Shown: piece by piece, positions 10,390 to 20,798 of the stretch
Numbering within the stretch: position 1 is the stretch's first letter
Layout of the letters: every line of letters starts with the position of its first letter
Assembly (NCBI GenBank): GCA_051003195.1
Contig: JBPCLP010000009.1
Location: 64,001 to 128,000, forward strand
Source: Candidatus Sumerlaeaceae bacterium
GTDB taxonomy: Bacteria; Sumerlaeota; Sumerlaeia; Sumerlaeales; Sumerlaeaceae
Length of the DNA stretch: 64,000 nt
Direction: 5' to 3'
Program-made: the position numbers and the translations under genes
The notes under the pieces: generated by a model
Told to the model about the DNA's origin: nothing
Seen by the model: the letters and a program-made list of their open reading frames with translations, nothing else
Database searches by the model: none

Positions 10390-11577
10390 GTGAGGAATAT
10401 GCGAAGCTCATCATTACGAAATAAACGGCGTGCGAAGCGCCGGCGGGTTTTCAGAAATCGGCCCTCGGCGGATATGGATCATCGCAAATTACTCGCGACC
10501 GCGGACGCGTACCCGACAAGTATTCGCGTGCTGGCGTATGGACCAGATGGTTTTGAGGAACACCAGGACTGCTCGCTGGAGCAGGCCTGTAAGCTGCATG
10601 GAGAGTTTCCGGTCGTGTGGATCGACGTGACCGGGTTAGCCAACATACCGCTCCTGGAACTTATCGGCGCAAGGTTTCAGCTCCATTCGCTGACGCTGGA
10701 AGACATTGTTCGCACACACCAGCGCGCTAAGCTGGAGGAGTTCAAAGATTACCTGTTCCTGGTGGCGCGCATGGCACCGCTGCCGGAGGAGGAAAACACC
10801 GATCAATTGAGCCTGTTTCTCGGCAAGGGTTTTGTTCTAAGCTTCCAGGAGCGTCCCGGCGATTCGCTGGACAGCGTCCGCGCACGAATACGGACAGCGC
10901 GCGGCAAGCTTCGGGAATCCGGCCCAGATTATTTAACGTATGCCATCCTGGACGCGACCATCGATGCTTTCTTCCCCCTCCTCGAGGACAGTGGGGAGCA
11001 GCTTGAGGACCTGGAAGACGACATTGTGGGGCGACCGCGCGCGGAAGTACTCACCAGCATTTATAATATCCGCCGAAAAATGCTGATGCTGAGGCGTGCG
11101 CTGTGGCCGCTGCGAGAAGTTACCGCGGCCCTGATTCGCGAGGATTCCACCCAGATTACCGCTGAGACTCGGATTTTTCTTCGAGACTGTTACGATCATA
11201 CGATTCAGATTATTGACCTGCTGGAGACATACCGCGAACTCTCGTCCGGGCTGATGGACGTATATCTGTCCAGCATGAGCAATCGCTTGAATGAGATTAT
11301 GAAGGTGCTGACCATGATCTCCGTGGTGTTCATCCCGCTCACGTTCCTGGCGGGCGTTTATGGCATGAATTTTAACACGGATGTCTCAAAATGGAACATG
11401 CCGGAACTCAACGCCCCGTACGGTTACGTGATCTGCTGGGCGGTCATGCTGCTGGTTGCCGCGGCAGAGATTTATTATTTCTGGCGCCAGGGCTGGCTGC
11501 AGAGCCTGTCGACACCTATGGAGACGAAGAAGCGGGAGAGCGGGGAAGCTGACGAGCGACCCGGCGTGGGCAAGTAG
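10390..11577 (+). CDS. corA: Magnesium/cobalt transporter CorA
   Basis: YGMNF signature, MPEL motif, two C-terminal TM helices; start uncertain. Confidence 0.95.
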   Translation: MRNMRSSSLRNKRRAKRRRVFRNRPSADMDHRKLLATADAYPTSIRVLAYGPDGFEEHQDCSLEQACKLHGEFPVVWIDVTGLANIPLLELIGARFQLHSLTLEDIVRTHQRAKLEEFKDYLFLVARMAPLPEEENTDQLSLFLGKGFVLSFQERPGDSLDSVRARIRTARGKLRESGPDYLTYAILDATIDAFFPLLEDSGEQLEDLEDDIVGRPRAEVLTSIYNIRRKMLMLRRALWPLREVTAALIREDSTQITAETRIFLRDCYDHTIQIIDLLETYRELSSGLMDVYLSSMSNRLNEIMKVLTMISVVFIPLTFLAGVYGMNFNTDVSKWNMPELNAPYGYVICWAVMLLVAAAEIYYFWRQGWLQSLSTPMETKKRESGEADERPGVGK

Positions 11578-11614
11578 GGCGCAACTAATGCAATCACTAC
11601 GTGACTGGCCGCTG

Positions 11615-13594
11615 CTACAGCTTGCGTTTAAATTGCCGGTCGAGCTGGTCCCGGGTCAGAAGTATCATTGTCGGCCGACCATGAGGGCATGTGAACCCGA
11701 GCCGTGCGTCTGAAATGTTTCGGATGAGTGCGCGCATTTCTTCCGCGTGCATGTTCTGTCCAGCTTTGATTGCCGCCCGGCACGCCATTCGTGTAATAAT
11801 ACGATCTCGGAGCACATCGATCTGTTCAATCTTTCCCAATGATTCAAAATCGTCCAGAAGATCCGCCACCACAGCGGCTGCGTCGAGGTTTGGCAGATCG
11901 GCGGGGATCGATTGCACCAGGTAGGTCTGCCCACCAAAGGGCTCAATGCGAAGCCCCAACTGCGTGAAGAGTGGGCCGAGACGTTCCATGTATGCGACGG
12001 CCGATGCCGGAACATCGATCGAGACCGGAATGAACAGTGGCTGGGACGGCAGTTCGCGCGGTGCGGCACTGAACTTGAGATACAGCAGCCGCTCATGCGC
12101 AGCATGCTGGTCGACAAGCAAAAGATCATTTCCAAGCTGCGCGACGATATAACATCGCGCAATTTGCCCGAGCGGCTCTGCATAAGCGCCATTTCGCATA
12201 AGCGGCGAAGTTGCGTCCTCTGTCTGAACGGCATCCCCAGGGTGGCGAATGGAACTTGTAAGGGGGCGAACCGAACAATCAGCGCCTTCCTCGTCTTCAG
12301 GTAGACCGTGGGTGGTGGTCGCGCCAGACGAATGGACCGGCTGCAACGCTACCGCAGCGAGTTCCTGGTCGGCTGCAAAGACTTCAGCCGCCTGCTTCTG
12401 CAACTGCGTTGCCGGTGGCACAAAGTGGGTCTGCACTCCCCCGGTGAACATAGAAAAATCAACCGGGCTCTGAACAGCGGTGAACGTTTGTTGCGAGTGA
12501 CTACCCGGCTGAAAGGTTGTGGTAAAGTTTTGCCGCGGTGAAATCGAAGTTTCCGTCATTGCTGCCAAAACGGACGAAGATTCAGGCATACCGAATGTTA
12601 CAACCGGCAAGAGATTGGCGGCCTGCAGGCGTGCGTGGACAGAGCGGTGAAGCACGCCGTTGACCAGCGATTCGTTGCGGAAGCGCACCTCTTCTTTCGT
12701 AGGATGCACGTTCACGTCTACTTCACCCGCAGGCATTTCAATATCGAGCACCGCGATGGGGAACCGCTGGACCATGATGATGCCTTTGTATGCCTCGTGC
12801 AGTACGAAAGACATCGAGCGACTGGTTACGGGCCGCCCATTAACAAAGAAAAACTGGTGGCGCCTGTCCTTCCGTGTAATGGCAGGACGCATCACATATC
12901 CACGGATGCGAATGCCGTGGCGCACTTCATCTACGGCGAGCAGGTTTTCGCGAATTCCAGTTCCAAGCAGTTCGGCGATGCGGTCGCCCCATGGCTGGGC
13001 GGACGGAACGTTGACCAGCGTCGTACCCTCTTTGACAACCGTGAACCCGAGATCGGGGCGAATCAGCGCCTGCCGCATGATGGTCATCAGAATCTGCTGC
13101 AGCTCGCTGCCGGGCGATTTGAGAAATTTCAATCGCGCGGGGGTGTTGAAGAAGAGTTCACGCACACGAACCTCGGTTCCTTCCGGTGCCCCGGCCGGTT
13201 CAATGCGCGGTTCGCCGCTTCCTTCCGCGGAGACCAGTGTTCCGGCAATATCCTGTGGGCGTCGCGTCAAAATATGCGTACGCGAAACAGAGGCAATAGA
13301 TGCCAGCGCCTCACCCCGAAAACCGCGGGTGGAGAGATCATAGAGGTCGTCGAACCCGGAAATTTTACTGGTGGCATGTCGCACCAGTGCGAGTCGCGCA
13401 TCGGCGCGATCCATGCCCTTTCCGTTATCGCGGATGGTCGTGTCGCGACAGCCATTCGCCACGTCCACGCGTATTTCGGTCGCACCAGCATCTATGGAAT
13501 TCTCGACAAGTTCTTTCACGACACTGGCGGGCCGGACAATGACCTCGCCAGCCGCAATGCGGTTTACAAGCGACTCAGGCAGCACGCGGATCAT
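11615..13594 (-). CDS. mutL: DNA mismatch repair endonuclease MutL
   Basis: IAAGEV, KELVENSIDA, GFRGEALASI, DVNVHPTK, DQHAAHER, CPHGRP. Confidence 0.98.
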   Translation of the reverse strand: MIRVLPESLVNRIAAGEVIVRPASVVKELVENSIDAGATEIRVDVANGCRDTTIRDNGKGMDRADARLALVRHATSKISGFDDLYDLSTRGFRGEALASIASVSRTHILTRRPQDIAGTLVSAEGSGEPRIEPAGAPEGTEVRVRELFFNTPARLKFLKSPGSELQQILMTIMRQALIRPDLGFTVVKEGTTLVNVPSAQPWGDRIAELLGTGIRENLLAVDEVRHGIRIRGYVMRPAITRKDRRHQFFFVNGRPVTSRSMSFVLHEAYKGIIMVQRFPIAVLDIEMPAGEVDVNVHPTKEEVRFRNESLVNGVLHRSVHARLQAANLLPVVTFGMPESSSVLAAMTETSISPRQNFTTTFQPGSHSQQTFTAVQSPVDFSMFTGGVQTHFVPPATQLQKQAAEVFAADQELAAVALQPVHSSGATTTHGLPEDEEGADCSVRPLTSSIRHPGDAVQTEDATSPLMRNGAYAEPLGQIARCYIVAQLGNDLLLVDQHAAHERLLYLKFSAAPRELPSQPLFIPVSIDVPASAVAYMERLGPLFTQLGLRIEPFGGQTYLVQSIPADLPNLDAAAVVADLLDDFESLGKIEQIDVLRDRIITRMACRAAIKAGQNMHAEEMRALIRNISDARLGFTCPHGRPTMILLTRDQLDRQFKRKL

Positions 13595-13660
13595 TGCAGT
13601 GCCTTGTTTCGCCCGCTGGAAATGTTTCTCCTGAAACGGCGTTGGCACTGCGTTATGCTG

Positions 13661-14812
13661 CTACACATCATTGAGCGCCAGGTTGTCGCGGTGGATCGCT
13701 TCGTCGTAGGGCTTCGAACCGAGGATGCTCTCGATGTCGGCCGTCTTCCGGCCCTTGATGCGCTGCAGCTCCTGAGAGCTGTAGTTAATCACTCCGCGTC
13801 CAAGAATGTTTCCGCGCGCGTCCACGATGTCGACGAGGTCCTGGGGCTGAAACTCGCCTTCAATTGAATGCACGCCTGCCGGCAGCAGCGATTTCTTTTT
13901 GGCTACTAACGCTTCGCGGGCACCCTCGTCCACAATCACGCGTCGTCCGGCAGTCTTGCCGGCAAGTATCCACTGACGTCGCCTGGTATGGCGACAGGGT
14001 TCGGCGGTGAAAAAAGTTCCGTGGAACTGTCCCGAAAGAATTTCGTGCAGCACACGTTGGCGCTTCCCGTGCGCAATGGCAACGCAAACACCCGCTGTAG
14101 TCGCGACCTGCGCGGCCTGCACTTTGCTGGTCATGCCACCACTACCGAGTTGGGCTGCTCCTTTTACATGGCCATCCTCGGCGGCATCCAGCATGGCCGG
14201 CGTGATCCGGTCGATGTGTTCCAGCAGTCGCGCGTTCTTATTCAACTTCGGGTTTGAGTCGTACAGCCCGTCGACGTCGGAAAGCAGCAGCAGAGCGTCT
14301 GCCTGCATCTTCACGGCGACAATCGCAGCAAGCCCGTCGTTGTCGCCGAAGCGCAACTCGTCGACAGTCACAGTATCATTTTCATTGATGATTGGAACAC
14401 ACTCGCGGCGCAGCAGTTCCTCGAGCGTGTACCGCGCGTTGACGTAGCGTCGGCGGTCTTCCATGTCGCTGCGCGAAAGTAGCATCTGTCCAACAATAAC
14501 CCCGTGTCTGGCGAAAAGCTCAGTGTATATCTGCATCAGGCGCGTCTGTCCAACCGCGGCAAGCGCCTGTTTCACGGCAATGGTGGGCTTGCGATCTTTC
14601 ACCCCAAGCGCGCTGCGTCCCGCGGCTACCGCTGCAGATGTCACAAGCACAACTTTGCGCCCGCGCTTGAGCAGCTCAGCGATCTCTTCGCAGATCTGCG
14701 TCATCACGGAAATGTCCAGTTCCCCTCCGCCGGTCGTCAGCACGGCGGAGCCCAGCTTGAGCACGATCAGTCGCGCACTTTCAAAAGGCGAAGGATGTAA
14801 TTGGGGGCTCAT
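13661..14812 (-). CDS. proB: Glutamate 5-kinase with PUA domain
   Basis: VLKLGS, AAVGQ, INENDTV, FGDND, GSGGMTSK, IHRDNL. Confidence 0.97.
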   Translation of the reverse strand: MSPQLHPSPFESARLIVLKLGSAVLTTGGGELDISVMTQICEEIAELLKRGRKVVLVTSAAVAAGRSALGVKDRKPTIAVKQALAAVGQTRLMQIYTELFARHGVIVGQMLLSRSDMEDRRRYVNARYTLEELLRRECVPIINENDTVTVDELRFGDNDGLAAIVAVKMQADALLLLSDVDGLYDSNPKLNKNARLLEHIDRITPAMLDAAEDGHVKGAAQLGSGGMTSKVQAAQVATTAGVCVAIAHGKRQRVLHEILSGQFHGTFFTAEPCRHTRRRQWILAGKTAGRRVIVDEGAREALVAKKKSLLPAGVHSIEGEFQPQDLVDIVDARGNILGRGVINYSSQELQRIKGRKTADIESILGSKPYDEAIHRDNLALNDV

Positions 14813-14919
14813 TTGCAGTAGCGTCCGATTTAGAGCACGCGGCGTAAACGAAAATTCGCAGCCGGCGGCGCTTTTCCTTCTGGCAAGCTGGCGCAGGACG
14901 GAACAGAACCGTCGGATTC

Positions 14920-16665
14920 ATGAACATCCTTGGTATCTCCGCCTACTACCATGACTCCGCCGCAGCGCTCGTGCGTGACGGCCAGCTGGTGGCCGCGGCG
15001 CAGGAGGAGCGGTTCACGCGCAAGCGTCATGATGAATCGCTTCCAGTGAACGCTGTGGCATATTGCCTGCGCGAGGCCGGTTTGCGAATCGATGACATTC
15101 GTTATATCGCGTTTTACGACAAGCCATTCCTGAAGTTCGAACGGCTGCTGTTTACCTACCTGGCTTGCTTTCCGCACGGCTTCCGTTCGTTTCTCGCAGC
15201 GGTTCCAATGTGGGCGTCGCAGAAACTCTGGCTCAAGTCGCTGATTCGCCAGGAGCTGAATTTTCATGGAGAGATCTGCTTCAGCGACCACCATATGTCC
15301 CATGCAGCAAGTGCGTTCCTGGTGTCGCCATTTGAACGGGCGGCCATTCTGACGGTTGACGGGGTTGGCGAATGGAGTACGTCAACGTGGGGCACGGGAG
15401 ACGGAACGCAGGTCCATCTGACACACGAGACCCGCTTCCCCCATTCGCTGGGTCTGCTCTACAGCGCGTTCACGTACTATCTTGGTTTTAAGGTAAACAG
15501 CGCCGAGTACAAGGTGATGGGTCTCGCACCTTATGGAAAGCCTGTTTTCTACGACAACGTTTGCGAGACAATTGACTGGAAGCCGGACGGCAGCTTTCGC
15601 CTGAACCTGAAATATTTCGATTTTATGGCGGGCATTCGCATGACCAGCGCGCATATGGACGAGCTGTTCGGTGGGCCGGCTCGCCAGCCGGAGAGCCGCC
15701 TTACGCAACGGGAGTTCGATATCGCGGCCAGCGTACAGCGCGTCACAGACGAGATCATGCTGGCCATGGCTTCACACGTGCGGCGTGAAACCGGTATGAC
15801 GAAGCTTTGCCTGGCTGGCGGGGTCGCGCTGAACTGCGTGGCAAATGCTGAGGTGTTGCGGAAGGCCGGTTTCGATGACCTCTGGATTCAGCCTGCTGCC
15901 GGTGATGCCGGGGGAGCGATTGGTGCGGCTTTTTATTTGTGGAACAGCGTGCTCAAAAATGGGCGAAAGTACACAATGCAACACGTGTATCTGGGCCCGG
16001 AATTCTCGGCGGATGAAATCCGGGATTATCTTAACTCGGCTGGGGCTGTATACGTAGAAAAATCCAAAGAACACCTGGTGCACGAGGTAGCTGGGTTACT
16101 CGAAAAAGGCAAGGTGATAGGCTGGCACCAGGGCAGGATGGAGTTTGGCCCGCGCGCACTTGGCGCGCGCAGTATACTTGCCGATCCCCGGGATCCGGGC
16201 ATGAAGGATAAGCTAAACCGTGCCATCAAGTTCCGCGAAGGCTTTCGGCCTTTTGCACCAAGTGTGACAATTGAAGCGGCGAACGACTGGTTTGAACTTA
16301 ATATAAATGGTTCCGTACACGATAGCCCTTATATGCTGCTGGTCGCAGATGTGCGCGAAGGCCGTCGACAAATCCCGAGCGTCACGCACGTGGACAATAG
16401 TGCACGACTGCAAACGGTCACGCGCGAAACCAGTCCCCTGTATCATGCGCTGATTGAGGAATTTGGCTGCCGGACAGGAGTTCCAGTGCTGATTAACACC
16501 AGCTTTAATGTACGCGGCGAGCCTATTGTCTGCACGCCGGAGGATGCATATCGGTGTTTCATGCGCACAAACATGGATGCGCTGGCGCTAGGTCCGTTTC
16601 TGCTGCGGAAAGAGGAGCAGCCGGCCTGGACAGAGCAAAGCAGCACGCAGCTGGGGCTGGACTAA
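14920..16665 (+). CDS. Carbamoyltransferase, NodU/CmcH family
   Basis: GISAYYHDSAAAL, EERFTRKRH, EYKVMGLAPYG, AGGVALNC, EFGPRALG, NTSFN. Confidence 0.95.
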   Translation: MNILGISAYYHDSAAALVRDGQLVAAAQEERFTRKRHDESLPVNAVAYCLREAGLRIDDIRYIAFYDKPFLKFERLLFTYLACFPHGFRSFLAAVPMWASQKLWLKSLIRQELNFHGEICFSDHHMSHAASAFLVSPFERAAILTVDGVGEWSTSTWGTGDGTQVHLTHETRFPHSLGLLYSAFTYYLGFKVNSAEYKVMGLAPYGKPVFYDNVCETIDWKPDGSFRLNLKYFDFMAGIRMTSAHMDELFGGPARQPESRLTQREFDIAASVQRVTDEIMLAMASHVRRETGMTKLCLAGGVALNCVANAEVLRKAGFDDLWIQPAAGDAGGAIGAAFYLWNSVLKNGRKYTMQHVYLGPEFSADEIRDYLNSAGAVYVEKSKEHLVHEVAGLLEKGKVIGWHQGRMEFGPRALGARSILADPRDPGMKDKLNRAIKFREGFRPFAPSVTIEAANDWFELNINGSVHDSPYMLLVADVREGRRQIPSVTHVDNSARLQTVTRETSPLYHALIEEFGCRTGVPVLINTSFNVRGEPIVCTPEDAYRCFMRTNMDALALGPFLLRKEEQPAWTEQSSTQLGLD

Positions 16666-16679
16666 TAAACATCGATCCG

Positions 16680-16910
16680 TTATAGCGCGATTAACAATAC
16701 TCCAACACCAATAATCCCTGCCGGTACAAAGCATCCCCATCCCAGGCAACTGGCACAGTCGCCGAAATGATCGTCTGCGCGGTCACTGTAGCGCCTTGAG
16801 TGTCTGAACCATTGGATGATATAGTAAAGCACGGCAAGAGCAAACAGAATAGCGAGCGCGACGACAAACTTATCACCGGTCGAAAGGGGTTGGGAGAAGC
16901 TCCACCACAT
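16680..16910 (-). CDS. Small membrane protein, hypothetical
   Basis: Two hydrophobic segments; fills the gap between co-oriented genes. Confidence 0.5.
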   Translation of the reverse strand: MWWSFSQPLSTGDKFVVALAILFALAVLYYIIQWFRHSRRYSDRADDHFGDCASCLGWGCFVPAGIIGVGVLLIAL

Positions 16911-16951
16911 AGCTTATGGGTCCTGACTTAACCGGTTGTCACAGGAGAACG

Positions 16952-17668
16952 TTACTGCGCCGGTGGCTGCTCATCCATCCGGGCCGGCGGGGCACTCAGC
17001 GCGCTGAGTTTTCCGACATAGCGGAATGCCCCGTCAACGTACGCGAACGAGTGCATGACATACTGCTCGCCGGTGGCCGAATTGATGAAGCGGACTGTGT
17101 AAAGGGGCGACGGATGCTGCATCGCCGCGAATGCCTGGCGAAGCGCAGGCGTCGCATCGGGGTCGTCCGGACCTTGTATCACCTGCACGGCAACAGCGTT
17201 CTGCTTACGCTCGCGAAGGCCTTTCAACAGCGTGCTGAACTGCTTTACCCATCCTGCACGTAATGCAGAATATTCCTTTTCCAGGTTTACCGCGGCTTCT
17301 GTTCCGTACAATTCAGTAAACCACTTCACCGAATCCGGAAGCTGCAGGCGCAGGCCCGCCGATTTAATTACTTTCTCATCACTGAGTGCCAGCACCTGCT
17401 CAAAGTACGACTTCAACGCGCTGGACTCCGGCAGGACGCGACGATCGTAAAAAGGTGCGGAGGAACCAGATGAAGTGCGCGGCGGTGCCACTGGCGTGTC
17501 GTCCGGTTTCGAGATCGAATTCAGAATCTCTGCGGAGGTTGACGTCTGCGTTGGGATGTCATCCCAGTGTTTAACCTTGCCCTGCCCGACTCGGTCGGCG
17601 CGCGACCAGCTTTGTGCCGCGCATACACCACACGAAAGCACGAGCAGAAGACCGCAGATAATCCTCAC
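16952..17668 (-). CDS. Secreted hypothetical protein
   Basis: Signal peptide; start overlaps the stop of sufE. Confidence 0.65.
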   Translation of the reverse strand: MRIICGLLLVLSCGVCAAQSWSRADRVGQGKVKHWDDIPTQTSTSAEILNSISKPDDTPVAPPRTSSGSSAPFYDRRVLPESSALKSYFEQVLALSDEKVIKSAGLRLQLPDSVKWFTELYGTEAAVNLEKEYSALRAGWVKQFSTLLKGLRERKQNAVAVQVIQGPDDPDATPALRQAFAAMQHPSPLYTVRFINSATGEQYVMHSFAYVDGAFRYVGKLSALSAPPARMDEQPPAQ

Positions 17669-18129
17669 TTCAGCTCGTCTCTGGTTTTCGCGAATTGTTG
17701 CGCTGCCGCCACTTTGCAGAAGTTCACCATACCGGTCAATCCCATGTTCTTGCCCATCGAAAGCTCTCGACCAAAGATGTCATACATCACGTCGGCGGGC
17801 ACACGCAGCACCTGCTCCAGCGGAGCGCCGCTCAGCGTTTTATGCAGGATGACGGCGGCTGCTTTTGCGGAGATACCCTGCGGATTTTCCACCGCGAAAT
17901 GGTATTTCAGTGTGCCGTCGGGGTTCGGCTGGGAGAACACAAAGGCTTCACTTTCGCAATTGGGGACGCGACGCGCCTCGTCAAAGGGGCGCGACGCCAC
18001 ATTCACGGGCACGTCCTTAAAGCTCGTGCCGATGTCGATAAGCATCTGAATCCGCTCGCTGCGGTCCATGGTCCTGAACATCTCCACCATCTCTGCCAGC
18101 CGTGGAGGAATTCCTTCGTAAATCGTCAC
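17665..18129 (-). CDS. sufE: SufE family sulfur-acceptor protein
   Basis: RVPNCESEAFV with catalytic Cys; downstream of sulfurtransferase. Confidence 0.8.
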   Translation of the reverse strand: MTIYEGIPPRLAEMVEMFRTMDRSERIQMLIDIGTSFKDVPVNVASRPFDEARRVPNCESEAFVFSQPNPDGTLKYHFAVENPQGISAKAAAVILHKTLSGAPLEQVLRVPADVMYDIFGRELSMGKNMGLTGMVNFCKVAAAQQFAKTRDELK

Positions 18130-18150
18130 AAAAACACCCTTGGCGCACGA

Positions 18151-19029
18151 TTACTTCTCTATGGGTACTCCGACCAGATTGCCCCATTCGGTCCAGCTTC
18201 CGTCGTAGTTGCGAACCTTCTGGAAGCCAAGCAGATATTTGAGCACAAACCATGTGTGACTGCTGCGCTCGCCGATGCGGCAATAGGCGATCACGTCGTC
18301 ATCGGGCGTGAGTCCGTGCTCGGCGCAGTAAATATCTCGCAGTTCATCGGCGCTTTTAAATGTGCCGTCGTCCGGGTTTATCGCGCGGCTCCATGGCACG
18401 CTCTTCGCCCCGGGTATGTGGCCGCCGCGCAACGCTCCCTCATTCGGGTAACCTTCCATGTGAAGCACTTTGCCTTCGTATTCGCCAGGACTGCGAACAT
18501 CAACCAGCGGCTTTTTGGATTTCACGTGCTCCAGCACCGCATCCCGAAACACACGCTCGCGCACATCATCGCGTTGCGGTGCCGGGTAATTGGAGGCTGC
18601 AAACTTCGGTACCTCTCGCACAAGCGGACGTCCCTCTTTTTCCCATTTAATTCGACCACCATCCATAATCTTTGCGTTCTTATGTCCAAAAAGCTGGAGC
18701 ACCCAGAACGCGTACGTCGCCCACCAGTTGTTTTTATCTCCGTACAGGACGATCGTCATGTCGGGCGTGACGCCAATTTTGCTCATCAGCGCTGCGAACG
18801 CTTCGCGGTCCAGGTAATCGCGCCGCAGCTGATCGTTGAGGTCCCGGGTCCAGTCCACTTCCACCGCGCCGGGGATGTGTCCGGAAGGGTAGAGCAGCGA
18901 GTCTTCATTGGATTCCATGATTCGGATGGATCGATCCTGCATTTGCCCGGCGATCCAGTCAGTGCTTACCAATGCGTCGGCATGCGCATACCCGCGTTGC
19001 TCAATGGGAGGGTGATTCGTTGAGTTCAT
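18151..19029 (-). CDS. Tandem-rhodanese sulfurtransferase (SseA/CysA type)
   Basis: GHIPGA twice, YCRIGERSS active site, YDGSWTEW. Confidence 0.95.
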   Translation of the reverse strand: MNSTNHPPIEQRGYAHADALVSTDWIAGQMQDRSIRIMESNEDSLLYPSGHIPGAVEVDWTRDLNDQLRRDYLDREAFAALMSKIGVTPDMTIVLYGDKNNWWATYAFWVLQLFGHKNAKIMDGGRIKWEKEGRPLVREVPKFAASNYPAPQRDDVRERVFRDAVLEHVKSKKPLVDVRSPGEYEGKVLHMEGYPNEGALRGGHIPGAKSVPWSRAINPDDGTFKSADELRDIYCAEHGLTPDDDVIAYCRIGERSSHTWFVLKYLLGFQKVRNYDGSWTEWGNLVGVPIEK

Positions 19030-19121
19030 AATAAGGTTATGGCTTGGCGGGCGCGAAGTCGTGTCAAGCCTGCTACTTTGTCTGTTGACCGGGCGCTGTG
19101 TGGGTTTGAGGCAGTCGATTC

Positions 19122-19352
19122 ATGGACTTCTTCGTCACACCTGATCACATTATCAACCTCTCACACATCGCCTACGTGGAGAGGCAAGGTGGGCAGCCAC
19201 AGGTCGTGATTATCTATTTCTCGGCCCTTACGAGCGGACCGGGAGGCGAGCCGCAGCCTTTTACGCTGACTTTGCGTGGCGCGGACGCCGACCTGCTGCT
19301 TCAGCGGCTGACGCGCAAGCCCGGCGAAGATGAGGAGATGCGCTGGACCTGA
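19122..19352 (+). CDS. Small hypothetical protein
   Basis: 76 aa with IINLSHIAYVE; co-oriented with next gene. Confidence 0.55.
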   Translation: MDFFVTPDHIINLSHIAYVERQGGQPQVVIIYFSALTSGPGGEPQPFTLTLRGADADLLLQRLTRKPGEDEEMRWT

Positions 19353-19397
19353 TTCGGCGGCGCGAGCTTACAGCGCCAGCGCTGGGACTGTATCGCC

Positions 19398-19994
19398 ATG
19401 CAGACTGAAACGCAGGTAATCTACACGATCCTGGGTGCGGTCCTGTGCCTTGGAGGCTGGGCAATTTTCTGGCTGGGAAGCCGGCTGCTCGGGCTGGCGC
19501 TTGGGATGGCATTCGGTTTCTTTTTCGGTGACCTGCTGGGTCTTGTGCTGAAGCTCGACGAGAACGCAACAGTGCTGGTGCTGCTGGCCTGCTCTATCAT
19601 GGGGGCATTTGGCGGACTTTTACTTATGCGGGCAGCCACGACTTTTGTGTTTGGCCTGGCGGGTTTTCTTTTTGGTGCGCTCCTCGGCAGAATGGGCTGC
19701 GAAATGTACGCGGAGGTGAAGCAGGAGACGTATGCCTTTACCGCGCCGATAGCGGTTATTGTGATCGCAGCAGGTATGGTGATGGGCGTGCTCGCGTTTT
19801 GGATGCAGAAGTACATTATGATCCTCATCACCAGCTATGTGGGCTCGACTTTCCTGGTGGCAGGAGTGGAATGGTTACAGCAGCACGAACCCTGGTCGGT
19901 GCCCGGCGTCACGTTGCTCGCGATTGGCTGGCAGATGCTGCTGGTGATGCGGCTGATTGCAGATACCCCTTCGCGGGTCGCCGACGCGGAGTGA
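19398..19994 (+). CDS. Multi-pass membrane protein (DUF4203/TM7S3-like)
   Basis: Gly-rich TM helices, ITSYVGS motif. Confidence 0.7.
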   Translation: MQTETQVIYTILGAVLCLGGWAIFWLGSRLLGLALGMAFGFFFGDLLGLVLKLDENATVLVLLACSIMGAFGGLLLMRAATTFVFGLAGFLFGALLGRMGCEMYAEVKQETYAFTAPIAVIVIAAGMVMGVLAFWMQKYIMILITSYVGSTFLVAGVEWLQQHEPWSVPGVTLLAIGWQMLLVMRLIADTPSRVADAE

Positions 19995-20002
19995 ATTTTG
20001 CC

Positions 20003-20764
20003 TTAACGAGGAGCGGTTGTTGTCGGGCCGCCTGGGACTGCGCTGGCAGGGGCACCGGTGACGGGTGCAACTGCTGGAGGAGGCTCGAGCCTTGGGACCG
20101 ATGGCGCCTTATATCCAAGCTTGACCGCGTTGGCGCCAGGTTCGAATCCAACCGCTGCGCCTAATGCGACCGCCTCGTCCTGGTCGACGGCGTCCCCACT
20201 GACACCGACCCCGCCAATAAGCCGGCCATTTTTGTAGATCGCCACACCGCCTGGAAATGTGATCAGCCCGTTTCGCGTTTCTTTTCCACCGGTGGCTCCC
20301 TGCTGGTTGCTTGAGCCGATGCCCCATAGCGGACCCGTTGCAATCTTGCCGTCGCTGCCGGTCGTTAGCTGGCTCAGCTCACCAATGATGCGGCTGGTCA
20401 GAGCATTCTCGTCGCTGGAGAAAAATGCGGCGCTACGCGCTTTTGCGATGGCGATATCTTCGGAGCCGACCCATGCGTCCGCCATGGAGCGAAGTCCCAC
20501 CAGCTTGCCATCGCGCTCGACAACCGCGATATGCATCCGGGTCGGGCGTTTTACAATCGGTCCCCGCTCCGCGACCGTGTTACTGCGCAAGCCGTCACCG
20601 CTGGCGATGCCGTTGGCGGCTGCCTCGCCCTGGTTCAGGAGACGCTGGATGTCCTCGCGGCTCAACTCAAAATCAAAACTGCCGCGACGCCGCTGGGAAT
20701 ACGCAGGATTTAAACAGGCGACAACAAGAGCAGCAACTGTGAAGCGGGTAAGAGTGAGTTTCAT
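20003..20764 (-). CDS. Secreted GlcG/HbpS-family heme-binding protein
   Basis: IAVVERDG, IAIAKARSA, FPGGVAI, IGGVGVSG, DQDEAVA. Confidence 0.85.
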   Translation of the reverse strand: MKLTLTRFTVAALVVACLNPAYSQRRRGSFDFELSREDIQRLLNQGEAAANGIASGDGLRSNTVAERGPIVKRPTRMHIAVVERDGKLVGLRSMADAWVGSEDIAIAKARSAAFFSSDENALTSRIIGELSQLTTGSDGKIATGPLWGIGSSNQQGATGGKETRNGLITFPGGVAIYKNGRLIGGVGVSGDAVDQDEAVALGAAVGFEPGANAVKLGYKAPSVPRLEPPPAVAPVTGAPASAVPGGPTTTAPR

Positions 20765-20798
20765 GGAATCTCCCTGGATTGGACAACAGAAATGAGAA

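Noticed and set aside
14920..16665. Secondary-metabolite cluster around the carbamoyltransferase
   Set aside because: Flanked by proB and unrelated genes; no other biosynthetic enzymes
5772..19023. Long antisense ORFs (5772-7217, 12635-13867, 17695-19023)
   Set aside because: Shadow frames opposite well-supported genes in GC-rich DNA
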